Notes under the pieces: model-generated
What the model saw: the letters and a program-made list of their open reading frames with translations, nothing else
What the model was told of the DNA's origin: nothing
Database searches by the model: none
Shown: positions 34,871 through 46,882 of the stretch, piece after piece
How the letters are laid out: every line of letters starts with the position of its first letter
Numbering within the stretch: position 1 is the stretch's first letter
Program-made: the position numbers and the translations under genes
Source: an uncultured Ruminococcus sp.
GTDB lineage: Bacteria > Bacillota > Clostridia > Oscillospirales > Acutalibacteraceae
Length of the DNA: 64,000 nucleotides
Direction of reading: 5' to 3'
NCBI GenBank assembly: GCA_944412525.1
Contig: CALYBM010000077.1
Location: 27,044-91,043, forward strand

Positions 34871-36055
34871 TTAGTTGTTCTCGGCTTTTTTGATTTTTTC
34901 CCAAAGCGGAGACATAGCTCTTAAATAATCAACAATCTGAGGAACTTTCTCAAGAATATAGTCGATATCCTCCTCTGTGTTTTCATCGGAAAACGACAGA
35001 CGCATACTGCCGTGTGCGATTTCGTGAGGAAGTCCGATTGCAAGAAGCACATGGCTCGGATCAAGACTTCCCGATGTGCAGGCAGAACCCGATGAAGCCG
35101 AGATTCCGTTCAAATCAAGCTTTAAAAGCAGGCTCTCGCCCTCAATGCCTTCAAAGCACATATTGACATTACCCGGAAGTCTGTGGATTCTGTCGCCGTT
35201 GAGCCTTGAACGCTCAATTTTGAGAAGTCCGTCAATAAGTCTGTCACGCATTTTGGTAAGCTTCGCGTTTCTTTCGTCCATTGTGTCAACAGCTAACTGC
35301 AATGCGGCGTCAAGTCCGACTATGCCGGCAACATTTTCTGTGCCTGCTCTTCTGCCTCTTTCCTGTGCACCGCCCTCTATAAGGTTGTCTATCTTAACGC
35401 CTCTTCTTACATAAAGCAGGCCGCAGCCTTTCGGTCCGTGAATTTTGTGGGCTGTCATTGAAAGCAGGTCGATGTTCTGCTCAACAACATTGATTCTTAC
35501 AAATCCCGCAGCCTGAACCGCGTCGGTATGAAACAGAACTCCGTGCTTTTTGCAAATTGCACCGATTTCCGATATCGGCTGAATTGTGCCGATTTCATTG
35601 TTAGCGTACATAATTGATACGATAGCCGTATCGTCGCAAATGGCGTTTTCAACATCCTCGGGCTTTACAATGCCGTTTTCGTACACATCAAGATAAGTCA
35701 CCCTAAAGCCGTCCTTTTCAAGAGCCTGACAGGTGTGCAAAATCGCATGATGCTCAAATTTTGATGTAATAATGTGTGTTTTGCCCTTTGCTTTAAGCGC
35801 GTGGCAAACGCCCTTTAAAGCCCAGTTGTCGGATTCGCTTCCGCCCGATGTAAAAAATATTTCACTCGCAGACGCTGCTCCGAGATTTTTTGCAATATTT
35901 GCACGTGATTTTTCAACAGCTTCCTTTGCCTTGCTGCCTATACGGTAAAGACTTGACGGATTGCCGTAAACCTCTGTAAGATAAGGCATCATCTTTTCAA
36001 GCACCGAAGGAGCAATTGCAGTTGTTGCAGAATTATCGGCATAAATATTTCTCAT
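34871..36055 (-). CDS. iscS: Cysteine desulfurase IscS/NifS
   Basis: [37 protein letters not shown]; start at MRNIY (36055). Confidence 0.95.
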   Translation of the reverse strand: MRNIYADNSATTAIAPSVLEKMMPYLTEVYGNPSSLYRIGSKAKEAVEKSRANIAKNLGAASASEIFFTSGGSESDNWALKGVCHALKAKGKTHIITSKFEHHAILHTCQALEKDGFRVTYLDVYENGIVKPEDVENAICDDTAIVSIMYANNEIGTIQPISEIGAICKKHGVLFHTDAVQAAGFVRINVVEQNIDLLSMTAHKIHGPKGCGLLYVRRGVKIDNLIEGGAQERGRRAGTENVAGIVGLDAALQLAVDTMDERNAKLTKMRDRLIDGLLKIERSRLNGDRIHRLPGNVNMCFEGIEGESLLLKLDLNGISASSGSACTSGSLDPSHVLLAIGLPHEIAHGSMRLSFSDENTEEDIDYILEKVPQIVDYLRAMSPLWEKIKKAENN

Positions 36056-36075
36056 ATATATCACCCTCGTGTAGA

Positions 36076-36513
36076 TTATGCATATTGCTGTGCTGCCGCA
36101 ACAGCAAGTCGGTCGCACCTTTCATTTTCGGGATGTCCGGCATGACCTTTTACCCATATAACATCAACCTCGTGAATATCACAAAGCTTGAGAAGCCTGT
36201 CCCAAAGTTCGGGGTTTAAAGCAGGCTCTTTTTTGTTACGCATCCAGTTGTTGGATTTCCATTTTTTAGCCCAGCCAAGCTTTAATGCGTTACACACATA
36301 TTGAGAGTCGCTGTACAGTGTAACCTTGCACGGTTCTTTTAATGCATCAAGCGCATTAATAACCGCGGACAGCTCCATTCTGTTGTTAGTTGTATTTGCT
36401 TCTCCGCCGGACAGTTCCTTTTCGTGTCCTTTATACCGAAGAATCGCACCCCAGCCGCCCGGTCCCGGGTTTCCGCTGCAGGCACCGTCAGTGAAAACAT
36501 CAATCTGTTTCAA
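36076..36513 (-). CDS. rnhA: Ribonuclease HI
   Basis: [43 protein letters not shown]. Confidence 0.96.
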   Translation of the reverse strand: MKQIDVFTDGACSGNPGPGGWGAILRYKGHEKELSGGEANTTNNRMELSAVINALDALKEPCKVTLYSDSQYVCNALKLGWAKKWKSNNWMRNKKEPALNPELWDRLLKLCDIHEVDVIWVKGHAGHPENERCDRLAVAAAQQYA

Positions 36514-36955
36514 ACCTATTCCCCTAAGTTAATGTTCGAGTAATATTATAATACGCAAAATCTGCAAATGCAACTATTATTTAGTTATTATTTTACCAAA
36601 AAACGAGCATAATATTAGTGTTGTGCTTATTTTTGTCTTGCAAAATGATAATATTTGCAAAAATATTGTCTGAAGCTTAAAATTAAATAACTGTAAATAA
36701 TGGGTTATAATTCTTTTATAACCTTGACATAAATAATGATTGTGAGTTAAAATAATATGAATATATATACTCGGCGTAGTATGTACTTATCTGTTTTATA
36801 AAATTTTTATGCACCGATTTAATCCGTATGATGCTTGCGGATTGTGGCAAAGGAAATATACATCTAAAAATGAATAGGCCGTTAAATGTTCATTTTTGAA
36901 GAAGTAAATTATATTTCCGATATATATAAAATATTAAAAATATGGAGGTAAATTT

Positions 36956-38812
36956 GTGAGTACAGAAACAAAAAAATACTACAAAAATACTAAGCAAAAC
37001 AAGTACTCAAAGAATTCAAATGTCAAATCAAGACAAATTTCAAAAGGCTCGTTTAATTTTGAAAAACCGTCGGAACAAAGTTTTTTTCAGAAGAATAAAA
37101 GAGGTTACTACAAAAAGTCTTATTCCAAAAACAGCGTACAAAAAAATATCCGTAAGCCTTCGGTAAAAATTGCTTTTCTCGGAGGACTTAATGAAATAGG
37201 AAAGAATATTACTCTCATAGAATGTGAAAATGATATCATCATACTTGACTGCGGTATGGCGTTTCCCGACGGAGATATGCTCGGTGTTGATCTTGTTATT
37301 CCGGATTTTTCTTATATAGAGCAAAATCAAGATAAAGTCAGAGGCATAATCTTAACTCACGGTCATGAGGATCATATAGGTGGTTTGCCGTTTCTTCTTT
37401 CAAAAATAAAGGTGCCTATTTACGGAACTCCGCTTACTCTCGGACTTGTTGAAAATAAGCTTCGTGAACACAGCCTTGCTAACAAGACACAGCTCAATGT
37501 TGTTAATGCAGGCGAAACAATCAGACTCGGTTGTATGAATGTAAAATTTATTCATGTAAATCATTCAATTCCAGACGCGGTCGCTTTTGCCGTTGATACT
37601 CCTGCCGGAACTATTGTTCACACAGGTGACTTTAAAATTGACTGTACGCCGATTACGGGAGATATGATTGATCTGTCAAGCTTTGCAAAGGTGGGAGATA
37701 AAGGCGTTTTGGCTCTCCTTGCCGAAAGCACGAATGCACAAAGGCCCGGATACACCCGAACCGAACGGCTGGTGTCGGAAAGTCTTGACAGCCTGTTTAA
37801 GAGTGCCGAAAATTACAGAATAATAATTGCTACCTTTGCATCAAATGTAAACAGGGTGCAGCAGATTATAAACTGTGCTGAAAAATACGGCAGAAAGGTT
37901 GCTTTTTCGGGCAGAAGCATGGTCAACTATATGGATGTTGCCAAAAAACTCGGATACCTGAATATTCCCGAAAATCTTATCATTGATATTGATATGCTCG
38001 GCAAATATATGCCCGAAGAAATCGTACTGGTTACAACAGGCAGCCAGGGCGAGCCTATGAGTGCACTTTCGAGAATGGCTTATTCGGATCACCGCAAGGT
38101 AATGGTGGGAGAGGGCGACTTCATAATAATTTCTGCCAATCCCATTCCCGGCAACGAAAAAACAGTCGGCAATGTCGTTGATGAGCTTCTCAAAAAGGGC
38201 TGCAAGGTGATTTACGAGTCAATGTATGATGTTCATGTTTCCGGACACGCCTGTCAGGAGGAACTCAAAATTATGCACCGCCTTGTAAATCCTAAGTATT
38301 TTATTCCCGTTCACGGTGAGCAGAAGCACCTCAGAAAGCACGCTGAGCTTGCCGAGTTTTTGGGAATGGACAGAAAAAACATATTCATCGGAGATGTAGG
38401 AAGCGTAGTGGAAATCAACGAAAACTATATCAAAGAGCTTGCGCCCGTTCAGGCAGGCAAGGTGTTTGTTGACGGACTCGGCGTAGGTGATGTGGGAAGC
38501 ATAGTGCTTCGTGACAGAAAACATCTCGGACAGGACGGACTTATTATCATAGTTGCGTCACTTGATGTTTATGACGGCCATGTCATAAGCGGCCCCGACA
38601 TAGTTTCAAGGGGATTTGTATATGTTCGTGAGAGCGAGGGGCTTCTTGACGAAGTCAAAAAGCTTGCACTTGATATTCTTGAGGAATGTGCCGACAACAA
38701 CATCCACGAGTGGGGCGTAATTAAAAACCGCATTAAGGATGATGTGGCAAAGCTTATCGGACAGCGTACACGCAGAGCACCTATGATACTTCCTATTTTG
38801 CAGGAGGTATAA
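36956..38812 (+). CDS. rnj: Ribonuclease J with a basic N-terminal extension
   Basis: LGGLNEIGKN, THGHEDHIGG, HTGDFK, HVSGHA, PVHGE. Confidence 0.96.
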   Translation: MSTETKKYYKNTKQNKYSKNSNVKSRQISKGSFNFEKPSEQSFFQKNKRGYYKKSYSKNSVQKNIRKPSVKIAFLGGLNEIGKNITLIECENDIIILDCGMAFPDGDMLGVDLVIPDFSYIEQNQDKVRGIILTHGHEDHIGGLPFLLSKIKVPIYGTPLTLGLVENKLREHSLANKTQLNVVNAGETIRLGCMNVKFIHVNHSIPDAVAFAVDTPAGTIVHTGDFKIDCTPITGDMIDLSSFAKVGDKGVLALLAESTNAQRPGYTRTERLVSESLDSLFKSAENYRIIIATFASNVNRVQQIINCAEKYGRKVAFSGRSMVNYMDVAKKLGYLNIPENLIIDIDMLGKYMPEEIVLVTTGSQGEPMSALSRMAYSDHRKVMVGEGDFIIISANPIPGNEKTVGNVVDELLKKGCKVIYESMYDVHVSGHACQEELKIMHRLVNPKYFIPVHGEQKHLRKHAELAEFLGMDRKNIFIGDVGSVVEINENYIKELAPVQAGKVFVDGLGVGDVGSIVLRDRKHLGQDGLIIIVASLDVYDGHVISGPDIVSRGFVYVRESEGLLDEVKKLALDILEECADNNIHEWGVIKNRIKDDVAKLIGQRTRRAPMILPILQEV

Positions 38813-38872
38813 ATTAATTTGCGGTGTTTTGCAGAGCAACACATAAGGTTTTATTCTTAACAGAGGGATATT

Positions 38873-40825
38873 ATGAAAAGAAGACATTGGACGCTTACTC
38901 CTTGGTTTATAATTTTCGCTTTGGTAATGCTGATTATGGCGTTTGCGTCTTATAATTATAATATTGTTTTGTGCTATGTAGAATTTGCAATTTCGGTTGC
39001 CGCGTTTGCAGTAGTATTTGTTTTATCGTTCAGATTCAGAAATTATATAAACAGTTCGGTAAAATCCGCAGCCGAAAGAATCAAGGGCTTCAACCCCGAT
39101 TACCTTGAAAAATATAAATTCCCCGTCGTTGTTTCGGGCCTGAAAGGCGATATTCTTTGGTGCAATGCACGGTTTAGAAAATCAATGTGTCAGGGCAGAA
39201 GTCCCGAAGGCGAAAATATTAATGCTTACCTTTCGGGCTTTGATATTGACGAAATAAAGGACGGCGAAGGTGAGGATATTGCGGTTGACGGCAAAGAATA
39301 CACGGTTTTTTGTATGTCCGCAGGAGAGAGCGTAATAAGTCTTTTTATTGAAAACACCTATTACAAATCTATGGTTAGAGAATATCATTCAAATCTTCCG
39401 TGCGTATCAATCATCACCTTTGACAACGCTGAGGATTTTTCAAATGATTCCGACGAGGCTTATTCCGAAGTCAGACTTACGGTTGAAACTGCTCTTCAAA
39501 AGTGGGCTTCCGAGTACGATTCTCTTTACAAGAAAATCAGCACAAACCGCTATATGATAATATTCAGGGAATCCGATGTTGAAAAAATGATTGCTCAGAA
39601 GTTTCCCATTCTCAAGGAAATTCGTTCTATAAGCGTAAACAATAATATTGCTACAATTTCCGTCGGACTTTGCCGAGGCATTAAGAATCTGAAGTCAAGC
39701 GAAATGAATGCGAGAAAGGCTCTTGAAATGGCGCTTGGCAGGGGCGGCGATCAGGTTGCTGTAATAAAGGACAACAGCTACGAATTTTTCGGAGGCACTG
39801 CCGCTGCCGCGGAAAAGGCGAGCAAGGTCAGAATGCGCGTAATAGCAAATGCGATAAGCCGTGCTGTTACCGACTGCGACAAGGTGTTTATTATGGGACA
39901 CCGATTTTCTGATCTCGACTGTGTGGGCTCAGCTGTAGGACTTCAGTGCATAATGGAAAAATCCTTCAGACGCTATTGCAAGATAGTAATCGATAAGGAA
40001 ACTTCTATGGCAAAACAGCTTATTTCTTATATTGAATCTCATGTTGATTCAAATATCTTTATCACCGCTGACGAAGCATTAAGAGGTGTTACCCAAAAGT
40101 CGCTTTTGATTATTGTGGACACACATCTAAAAAGCTCGCTGGAAAGCGCTCAGCTTTACGAAAAGTGTAAGAAAATCGTCGTTATTGACCATCACAGAAA
40201 ATCGGTTAATTACATAGACAACGCACTTGTGTTTTGCCATGAGCCGTCGGCTTCGTCGTCTGCCGAAATGTGCAGTGAAATCATCAGCTATCTTGAAGAC
40301 AGACCGCTCGGATATGTTCAGGCTGACGCACTTCTTGCAGGTATTATGCTTGATACCAAGAATTTTGTTCTTAAAACAGGTGTGCGAACCTTTGAAGCGG
40401 CGGCTTATCTTCGCAGAAAAGGTGCAAATACTCTTACCGTCAAGGAAATGTTCTCCGACAGCATTGATACATACAGAGAAAAGGTTGATATTGTCTGCAA
40501 TGCACATATATACAGAGGCTGCGCTGTTTCCGTTTCAAAAAGCGAGGCGGATGACATAAGGCTTGCTGCCGCACAGGCAGCCGATGAAATGCTCACACTT
40601 CAGGGCGTGAGAGCCTCGTTTGTCGTATTTGAAAATGACGGTAAAATAAATATATCCGCACGAAGCTACGGAAAACTAAATGTTCAGATAATTATGGAGC
40701 AGCTCGGCGGCGGCGGTCATCAGACAATGGCTGCGGCACAGCTTGAGGGAGCCACAAAGGATTTTGCTTACAGAAAGCTTTTATCTGTAATTGACAGCGT
40801 GCTGGACGATATTGAGAGCACATAA
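38873..40825 (+). CDS. gdpP: c-di-AMP phosphodiesterase GdpP (DHH/DHHA1)
   Basis: 2 TM, degenerate GGDEF, GRGGDQV, GHRFSDLDCVG, IDHH, GGGGH; precedes rplI-dnaB. Confidence 0.9.
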   Translation: MKRRHWTLTPWFIIFALVMLIMAFASYNYNIVLCYVEFAISVAAFAVVFVLSFRFRNYINSSVKSAAERIKGFNPDYLEKYKFPVVVSGLKGDILWCNARFRKSMCQGRSPEGENINAYLSGFDIDEIKDGEGEDIAVDGKEYTVFCMSAGESVISLFIENTYYKSMVREYHSNLPCVSIITFDNAEDFSNDSDEAYSEVRLTVETALQKWASEYDSLYKKISTNRYMIIFRESDVEKMIAQKFPILKEIRSISVNNNIATISVGLCRGIKNLKSSEMNARKALEMALGRGGDQVAVIKDNSYEFFGGTAAAAEKASKVRMRVIANAISRAVTDCDKVFIMGHRFSDLDCVGSAVGLQCIMEKSFRRYCKIVIDKETSMAKQLISYIESHVDSNIFITADEALRGVTQKSLLIIVDTHLKSSLESAQLYEKCKKIVVIDHHRKSVNYIDNALVFCHEPSASSSAEMCSEIISYLEDRPLGYVQADALLAGIMLDTKNFVLKTGVRTFEAAAYLRRKGANTLTVKEMFSDSIDTYREKVDIVCNAHIYRGCAVSVSKSEADDIRLAAAQAADEMLTLQGVRASFVVFENDGKINISARSYGKLNVQIIMEQLGGGGHQTMAAAQLEGATKDFAYRKLLSVIDSVLDDIEST

Positions 40826-40953
40826 AATTGTACAATTTAAATATGTCGGTTTACTATACTGTGTTTTACCGTCTTTATAAGAGATTTTATTTGTGTTATT
40901 TTTGGTGCGGTTCTCAATTAAAGAGCAATGGCACCTTGAAAGGATGATAAATT

Positions 40954-41400
40954 ATGAAGGTTATTTTGTTACAGGATATAAAATCACTCGGAAAAAAGGG
41001 TGAGCTTGTAGAAGCGTCTGACGGTTATGCGCGCAATTACCTTTTCCCCAAAAAGCTTGCCCGCGAGGCAAACGCTCAGGCAATGAATGAATACAAAAAC
41101 GCGGAAAATTCCAAGAACTACAAAATCGCAACTCAAAAGGCACAGGCTGAACAGCAAAAGAAAATGCTCGAGGGCAAGAAGTTTGTGATGACTGCAAAAG
41201 CAGGTCAGGGCGGACGCCTTTTCGGCAGTATCACCGCAAAGCAGGTTGCAGAAGAAATTAAAAAACAGTACTCAATTTCAGTTGACAAGCGTAAGGTAGT
41301 GCTTGAATGTGACATAAAGGAATTCGGTACTTACAAAGCAGAAGTTAAGCTTTATACAGGTATTTCCGCAAACATTGATATACAGGTAAAAGAAGCGTAA
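40954..41400 (+). CDS. rplI: 50S ribosomal protein L9
   Basis: [38 protein letters not shown]. Confidence 0.97.
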   Translation: MKVILLQDIKSLGKKGELVEASDGYARNYLFPKKLAREANAQAMNEYKNAENSKNYKIATQKAQAEQQKKMLEGKKFVMTAKAGQGGRLFGSITAKQVAEEIKKQYSISVDKRKVVLECDIKEFGTYKAEVKLYTGISANIDIQVKEA

Positions 41401-41429
41401 AACAAGCATAATAATTTGAAGGTGTCATA

Positions 41430-42800
41430 ATGGCTGATTCATTAATTACCGGCAGCTACGACGGTCTTAATATGCCGTACAGCCCGGAGTCGGAACAGGC
41501 AGTGCTCGGTGCTGTTATACTTGACAGCTCTGTTTTTGACAAGGTTGTAGATTACATAAAGTCGCCTGATTATTTCTATGTGGCGTTGCATAAGCTGATT
41601 TTTATGCAAATGCAGGAAATGATAAATTTCGGCGAGGCGATTGACTTTGTTACACTGCTTGAAAAGCTAAAACAGAATAAGACTTTTGACGAAGCAACGG
41701 GCAAAACATATCTTATGGACCTTGTAAATAACTGCCCGTCAATTTCCAATGCGGAGGCTTATGCCAAGGTTATTGCCGATAAATACAATATCCGCAGACT
41801 TATTACTGCGTCCCGTGAGATTATCGACGATGCGTCTGCCGGAGATGAAGACCCGTCGGTTTTAATTGATTCTGCAGAGCAGAAAATATTTGATATTCGC
41901 AAGGGCAACGAAAAGTCGGGGCTTGAACGAATAAATTCGGTAATTTTACAGACCTTTGACCGTCTTGACGCACTCAACAGCGAAACCGACGACAGCATGA
42001 GACCGATTCCTACGGGTATAGGCGACCTTGACAGAATGATTACGGGTCTTAACCGAAGCGACCTGATATTGCTTGCTGCCCGTCCCGGTATGGGTAAAAC
42101 GAGCTTTGCGCTCAACATAGCAAGAAATGCCGCGTGTAAGTCAAAAAAGACTGTTGCTTTTTTCTCTTTGGAAATGTCAAAGGAACAGCTCGCAAGCCGT
42201 TTGCTTTCTACCGAGGCTTTAATAAGCGGTACAAAACTCCGTACAGGCAAGTTGTCAGAGGAGGAGTGGAGCAGGCTTATACCCGCAAGTGATGTTTTAA
42301 GTAAGGCCGAGCTGTATCTCGACGATACGCCGGGAATTACGATTACCGAGATGAAGTCAAGACTTCGCAGATTGCGTAAACTTGACCTCGTGGTAATTGA
42401 TTATTTACAGCTTATGGGAAGCGGCAGAAGAATTGAAAACCGTGTACAGGAAATTTCGGAAATTACCAGAAATCTCAAAATTCTTGCAAAGGAAATGAAT
42501 GTTCCCGTTATAACGCTTTCACAGCTTTCCCGTGCGTCCGAACAGCGTGCGGATCACCGACCTCAGCTTTCCGATTTGCGTGACTCAGGTTCTATTGAGC
42601 AGGACGCCGATATTGTGCTCTTTCTCTACAGAGAGGGCTATTACAGCGAAAAAAATGCAGAGCAGACAGCTCCGACAGGCGATGTAAATTCGGGTGAATG
42701 TATTGTTGCCAAAAACCGTCACGGTGAGACAAACTCAGTAAAGCTGCATTGGCAGGGCGAGTTTATGAGATTTACAGGTATGGAGGCAAGGAATGAATAA
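41430..42800 (+). CDS. dnaB: Replicative DNA helicase
   Basis: AARPGMGKT, FSLEM, IDYLQL, LSQLSR, DLRDSGSIEQDAD, KNRHG. Confidence 0.97.
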   Translation: MADSLITGSYDGLNMPYSPESEQAVLGAVILDSSVFDKVVDYIKSPDYFYVALHKLIFMQMQEMINFGEAIDFVTLLEKLKQNKTFDEATGKTYLMDLVNNCPSISNAEAYAKVIADKYNIRRLITASREIIDDASAGDEDPSVLIDSAEQKIFDIRKGNEKSGLERINSVILQTFDRLDALNSETDDSMRPIPTGIGDLDRMITGLNRSDLILLAARPGMGKTSFALNIARNAACKSKKTVAFFSLEMSKEQLASRLLSTEALISGTKLRTGKLSEEEWSRLIPASDVLSKAELYLDDTPGITITEMKSRLRRLRKLDLVVIDYLQLMGSGRRIENRVQEISEITRNLKILAKEMNVPVITLSQLSRASEQRADHRPQLSDLRDSGSIEQDADIVLFLYREGYYSEKNAEQTAPTGDVNSGECIVAKNRHGETNSVKLHWQGEFMRFTGMEARNE

Positions 42801-44118
42801 TCAGGTGCTTTGCACTGTAGGTAAGTACAATATGCTTGAAAAAGGCGACAGGATAGTAGTTGCCTTGTCAGGCGGTGCTGACAGCGTTGCATTGCTCGAT
42901 GCTCTTAATTCTTTTAAAGAAAAATTCAATCTTTGTCTGTATGCCGTACACATAAATCACGGACTCCGAGGCGAGGAATCAGATCGGGATGAAAGCTTTT
43001 GCAGGCTGCTTGCCGAAAAATGCGGGATTAAACTGTATGTGAGGCACTATAATGTAGCAAAGCTTGCAAAAGACCTCAAAATCAGCGAGGAGCTTTGCGG
43101 GAGAAATATCAGATATTCCGTATTCAAAGAAATTTCACGCGAGCTTGGTGCCAAGGTCGCGACTGCTCACACTGCATCTGACAATGCCGAAACACTCCTG
43201 TTTAACATTACAAGAGGTTCTTCGATTTTCGGGGTGTGTGCAATTCCTCCTGTCAGAGAAAATATAATTCGCCCCCTGATTGAATGTACAAGAGAACAGA
43301 TAGAGCAATACTGTTTTGAAAACGGACTTGATTATGTAACTGACAGCACAAATCTGACTGATGATTATACAAGAAATAAAATCCGCCATAATGTGGTGCC
43401 TGTTTTAAGGGAAATTAATGAAAGCTTTGAGAGCTGTGCCGTACGGTTATCCGAAAACGCAAGAGAAATAGCTGATTATCTCAATGTGGTGACGCAGAAG
43501 GCAATTTCTCAAAGCCGATGCGAGTACGGTTATAACTGCAAAGCCTTGCTCTCAAATCATATTGCCGTTGTGAAAAATGCCGTATCGGTTTTGTGCAGAA
43601 CTAATGCCGATTTTCGTGCGGAGCAACGCCATATTGAGCTTATTTTGAATATTATGAAGCACGGCGGCGCGGTAGAGTTAAACAAAAAATATAAAGTCGT
43701 TTCAAAGCAGGGTATATTAAGATTTGCAGCGGCAAATAATGATAATCTGATTGACAATATTGAGCTTAAAGAAAATACCGTTTTTAATTACGATTCAAAA
43801 ATATACAGAGTTACACGATACAATAGTGACAAAGAAGATAAAAACTTAATTAATCCCGATTTTATCGGCAAAAATGCTGTTTTCAGAACCCGCAGGGCAT
43901 CCGACCGATTTACTTACCCCAAGCGAGGAATCACAAAACCTCTCAGAAAGGCTATGAACGAGCAAAAAATCCCCTCTGAGCTGCGTGATAAGGTTGCAGT
44001 TTTGGCAGTCGGCAACGAAATCCTTTGGTGCGAGGGAATAGGTGTCTCTGCTGCAGGAGCCGCAATTGATTTTGAAAACGCATTAAAAATAGAAGTTTTG
44101 CCCTCTCAAGGAGAATGA
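42793..44118 (+). CDS. tilS: tRNA(Ile)-lysidine synthase
   Basis: ALSGGADS, HINHGLRG, AHTASDNAET, IRPL, RNKIR. Confidence 0.95.
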   Translation: MNNQVLCTVGKYNMLEKGDRIVVALSGGADSVALLDALNSFKEKFNLCLYAVHINHGLRGEESDRDESFCRLLAEKCGIKLYVRHYNVAKLAKDLKISEELCGRNIRYSVFKEISRELGAKVATAHTASDNAETLLFNITRGSSIFGVCAIPPVRENIIRPLIECTREQIEQYCFENGLDYVTDSTNLTDDYTRNKIRHNVVPVLREINESFESCAVRLSENAREIADYLNVVTQKAISQSRCEYGYNCKALLSNHIAVVKNAVSVLCRTNADFRAEQRHIELILNIMKHGGAVELNKKYKVVSKQGILRFAAANNDNLIDNIELKENTVFNYDSKIYRVTRYNSDKEDKNLINPDFIGKNAVFRTRRASDRFTYPKRGITKPLRKAMNEQKIPSELRDKVAVLAVGNEILWCEGIGVSAAGAAIDFENALKIEVLPSQGE

Positions 44119-44654
44119 TAATGCACAAGGATATAGAATCTATACTTGTTTGCGAAAAAGAAATTGAAAATATTGTGAATTCTATTGCAAAACAGATTGA
44201 AAAAGATTATAATTTCAAAGAATTTATTATGATTGGTTTGCTAAAGGGCAGCATGACATTTATGGCTGACCTTATGCGGAAAATCCATTTGGATTTCCCA
44301 GTTGATTTTATTATTGCGTCAAGCTACAGCGGTACTCAAAGCACGGGCAAAATTCAAATTACAAAGGATATTGATTCCGATATAAGCGGAAAAGATATTC
44401 TGATAGTCGAGGATATAATCGATACGGGCAGAACCCTTGAGTATATAAAAAATCATTTGATTAACAAAAAAGCTAAAACAGTAAAGATTTGTACGCTTTT
44501 TGATAAACCCTACAGGCGTCGGTCAAGTATTGTTCCCGATTATACGGGAATGAAAATCCCCGATGAGTTTATTGTCGGATATGGGCTTGATTACAACGAA
44601 TTATACAGAAATCTTCCGTATGTGGGTATTTTAAGCCCCTCGGTTTATACATAA
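44115..44654 (+). CDS. hpt: Hypoxanthine phosphoribosyltransferase
   Basis: LIVEDIIDTGRTL, FIVGYGLDY..YRNLP. Confidence 0.95.
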   Translation: MIMHKDIESILVCEKEIENIVNSIAKQIEKDYNFKEFIMIGLLKGSMTFMADLMRKIHLDFPVDFIIASSYSGTQSTGKIQITKDIDSDISGKDILIVEDIIDTGRTLEYIKNHLINKKAKTVKICTLFDKPYRRRSSIVPDYTGMKIPDEFIVGYGLDYNELYRNLPYVGILSPSVYT

Positions 44655-44686
44655 ATATAATGCTTATTATAATAATATAAAGAGGA

Positions 44687-46819
44687 GTGACAATATTGGA
44701 TAATAAGAAAAAGGTACGCAATCTGCTTTTATATTTGGGAATACCTATTTTGGTTATTTTAGCGGTTGCAATGCTATATGGTTCACGCCAGACGGAAACA
44801 CCCATGAATTCGGAGCTGGAACAATACTTTATAGACGGTAAGGTTGACAGCTATACTATAAACTACGGCACAGGTGTGATAGAAGTTACGCTCAAAGAGG
44901 GCGTTAAAGCTGTTGAGCCCGATAACGGCGGCACAGCTTCTTCGTCAGAGGTTGAAGAGCAGTCAACCACGCCTGCAAATATGGCGGGTACAGTCAACGG
45001 AAGTAACCAGCCAAAGCAGGTAGTAGTAAAGGGTCAGTTTGCCGATATTCAAAGATTTCTTGACAATATTGAGCCTTATCGTTATGAGGCGACGAACGAT
45101 GAAGGAACTTTGGAGCCGATACCCTATAAAGAGATTTTGCCGAGTGATAACTCGCTGTTGATGGAGCTCGTGCCGACGCTTCTTCTTACCGTGCTGTTTA
45201 TAGGTGCATGGATATTCATCATGAAAAAGATGAGTGCAGGCGGTCTCGGCGGCAAGGAAATGAATTTCGGCAAAGCCAAGATTAAAAACACAAATGACGA
45301 AAAGCGTAAGACTACATTTGACGATGTGGCAGGAGCCGACGAAGAGAAAGAAGAGCTCTCGGAGGTTGTAGAATTCCTCAAAGCCCCCGATAAGTACAAC
45401 AAGCTCGGCGCAAGAATACCGAAGGGCGTTTTGCTTGTAGGCACTCCCGGAACAGGTAAAACCCTGCTTGCAAGAGCAGTTGCAGGCGAGGCGGGAGTAC
45501 CGTTCTTCTCAATTTCAGGTTCAGACTTTGTAGAAATGTTTGTCGGCGTGGGTGCGTCGAGAGTCCGTGACCTGTTTGACCAGGCAAAGAAAAATTCGCC
45601 GTGTATTATATTCATTGATGAGATTGACGCAGTAGGTCGTCAGAGAGGCGCAGGCCTCGGCGGCGGCAACGATGAGCGTGAGCAAACTCTCAACCAGCTT
45701 CTTGTAGAAATGGACGGCTTCGGTGCAAACGAGGGCGTAATCCTTATTGCGGCAACAAACCGACCCGATGTACTTGACCCCGCGTTGATGCGTCCGGGAA
45801 GATTTGACCGCCAGGTAATTGTAAGCTACCCCGATGTTAACGGCCGTGAGGCAATCCTCAAGGTTCACGCACGCAAAAAGCCGCTTGCTCCCGATGTTAA
45901 GCTGAGAACAATCGCAAAGACAACTGCTGGCTTTACGGGCGCAGACCTTGAAAACCTCCTCAACGAGGCAGCGTTGCTTGCCGCAAGGAAAAATAAAAAG
46001 GCAATTACAATGCAGGAAATCGAGGAAGCTACAGTCAAGGTTGTTGTAGGTGCTGAGAAAAAATCAAAGGTTATGAGCGACAAGGAGAAGAAGCTCACAG
46101 CATACCACGAGGCGGGTCATGCAATCCTATTTGATAAGCTTGAAACTCAGGATCCCGTACACGAGATATCCATTATTCCGAGAGGAATGGCGGGCGGATA
46201 TACCATGCCGCTCCCAAGCGAGGATAAGTCTTACAATTCACGCAATGAAATGCTTGAGGACATTGTTGTGTGCCTCGGCGGACGAGTTGCGGAAGCACTT
46301 ATTCTTGACGATATTTCAACGGGTGCGTCTAACGATATTGAAAAAGCAACAAAGACTGCCCGTTCAATGGTAACAAAATACGGTATGACAAAGGAACTCG
46401 GCTGCGTTTGCTACGGTTCCGACAACAGTGCGGTATTCCTCGGCAGGGATATGGGTCGCACACAGGATTATTCAGAAGCAACCGCCGCTAAGATTGATGA
46501 GCTTGTTCTCAAAATCGTAAACGAAGCGTATGCAAAGGCTGAAAAAATCCTCAGCGAAAACATTGATAAGCTTCACGAAATTGCCGCATATCTTATAAAA
46601 CACGAAAAAATGGGCAGTGAGGACTTTGAGGCTGTTATGAACGGCACATATGTTGAGCCTTCGGAGCCGGAAGAAATCGAAGAACCCGAGAATAATACCG
46701 ATAAAACGGTAAACGAAGAACCTGAGAATAATACCGATAAAACGGTGAACGAAGATTCTGAGAATACTACCGATAAAACAGTAAACGAAGAAACTCAAGA
46801 TAATTCTACAGAAGAATAA
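44687..46819 (+). CDS. ftsH: ATP-dependent zinc metalloprotease FtsH
   Basis: 2 TM, GKT Walker A, IFIDEID, RPGRFD, HEAGH. Confidence 0.97.
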   Translation: MTILDNKKKVRNLLLYLGIPILVILAVAMLYGSRQTETPMNSELEQYFIDGKVDSYTINYGTGVIEVTLKEGVKAVEPDNGGTASSSEVEEQSTTPANMAGTVNGSNQPKQVVVKGQFADIQRFLDNIEPYRYEATNDEGTLEPIPYKEILPSDNSLLMELVPTLLLTVLFIGAWIFIMKKMSAGGLGGKEMNFGKAKIKNTNDEKRKTTFDDVAGADEEKEELSEVVEFLKAPDKYNKLGARIPKGVLLVGTPGTGKTLLARAVAGEAGVPFFSISGSDFVEMFVGVGASRVRDLFDQAKKNSPCIIFIDEIDAVGRQRGAGLGGGNDEREQTLNQLLVEMDGFGANEGVILIAATNRPDVLDPALMRPGRFDRQVIVSYPDVNGREAILKVHARKKPLAPDVKLRTIAKTTAGFTGADLENLLNEAALLAARKNKKAITMQEIEEATVKVVVGAEKKSKVMSDKEKKLTAYHEAGHAILFDKLETQDPVHEISIIPRGMAGGYTMPLPSEDKSYNSRNEMLEDIVVCLGGRVAEALILDDISTGASNDIEKATKTARSMVTKYGMTKELGCVCYGSDNSAVFLGRDMGRTQDYSEATAAKIDELVLKIVNEAYAKAEKILSENIDKLHEIAAYLIKHEKMGSEDFEAVMNGTYVEPSEPEEIEEPENNTDKTVNEEPENNTDKTVNEDSENTTDKTVNEETQDNSTEE
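46679..46792 (+). repeat. 36-bp x3 coding repeat ([12 protein letters not shown]) at the FtsH C-terminus
   Basis: Units at 46679, 46715 and 46751. Confidence 0.9.
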
Positions 46820-46824
46820 TCAGC

Positions 46825-46850
46825 AAATAGCCTCCTTCGGGAGGCTATTT
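46825..46850 (+). terminator. Terminator after ftsH
   Basis: AAATAGCCTCC-TTCG-GGAGGCTATTT. Confidence 0.8.
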
Positions 46851-46882
46851 CAGCCTTTTACATTGTGATAAGGGGATACAAA

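Noticed and set aside
46851-46882. LexA box upstream of uvrA
   Set aside because: No GAAC-N4-GTTC in the short gap after the ftsH terminator.
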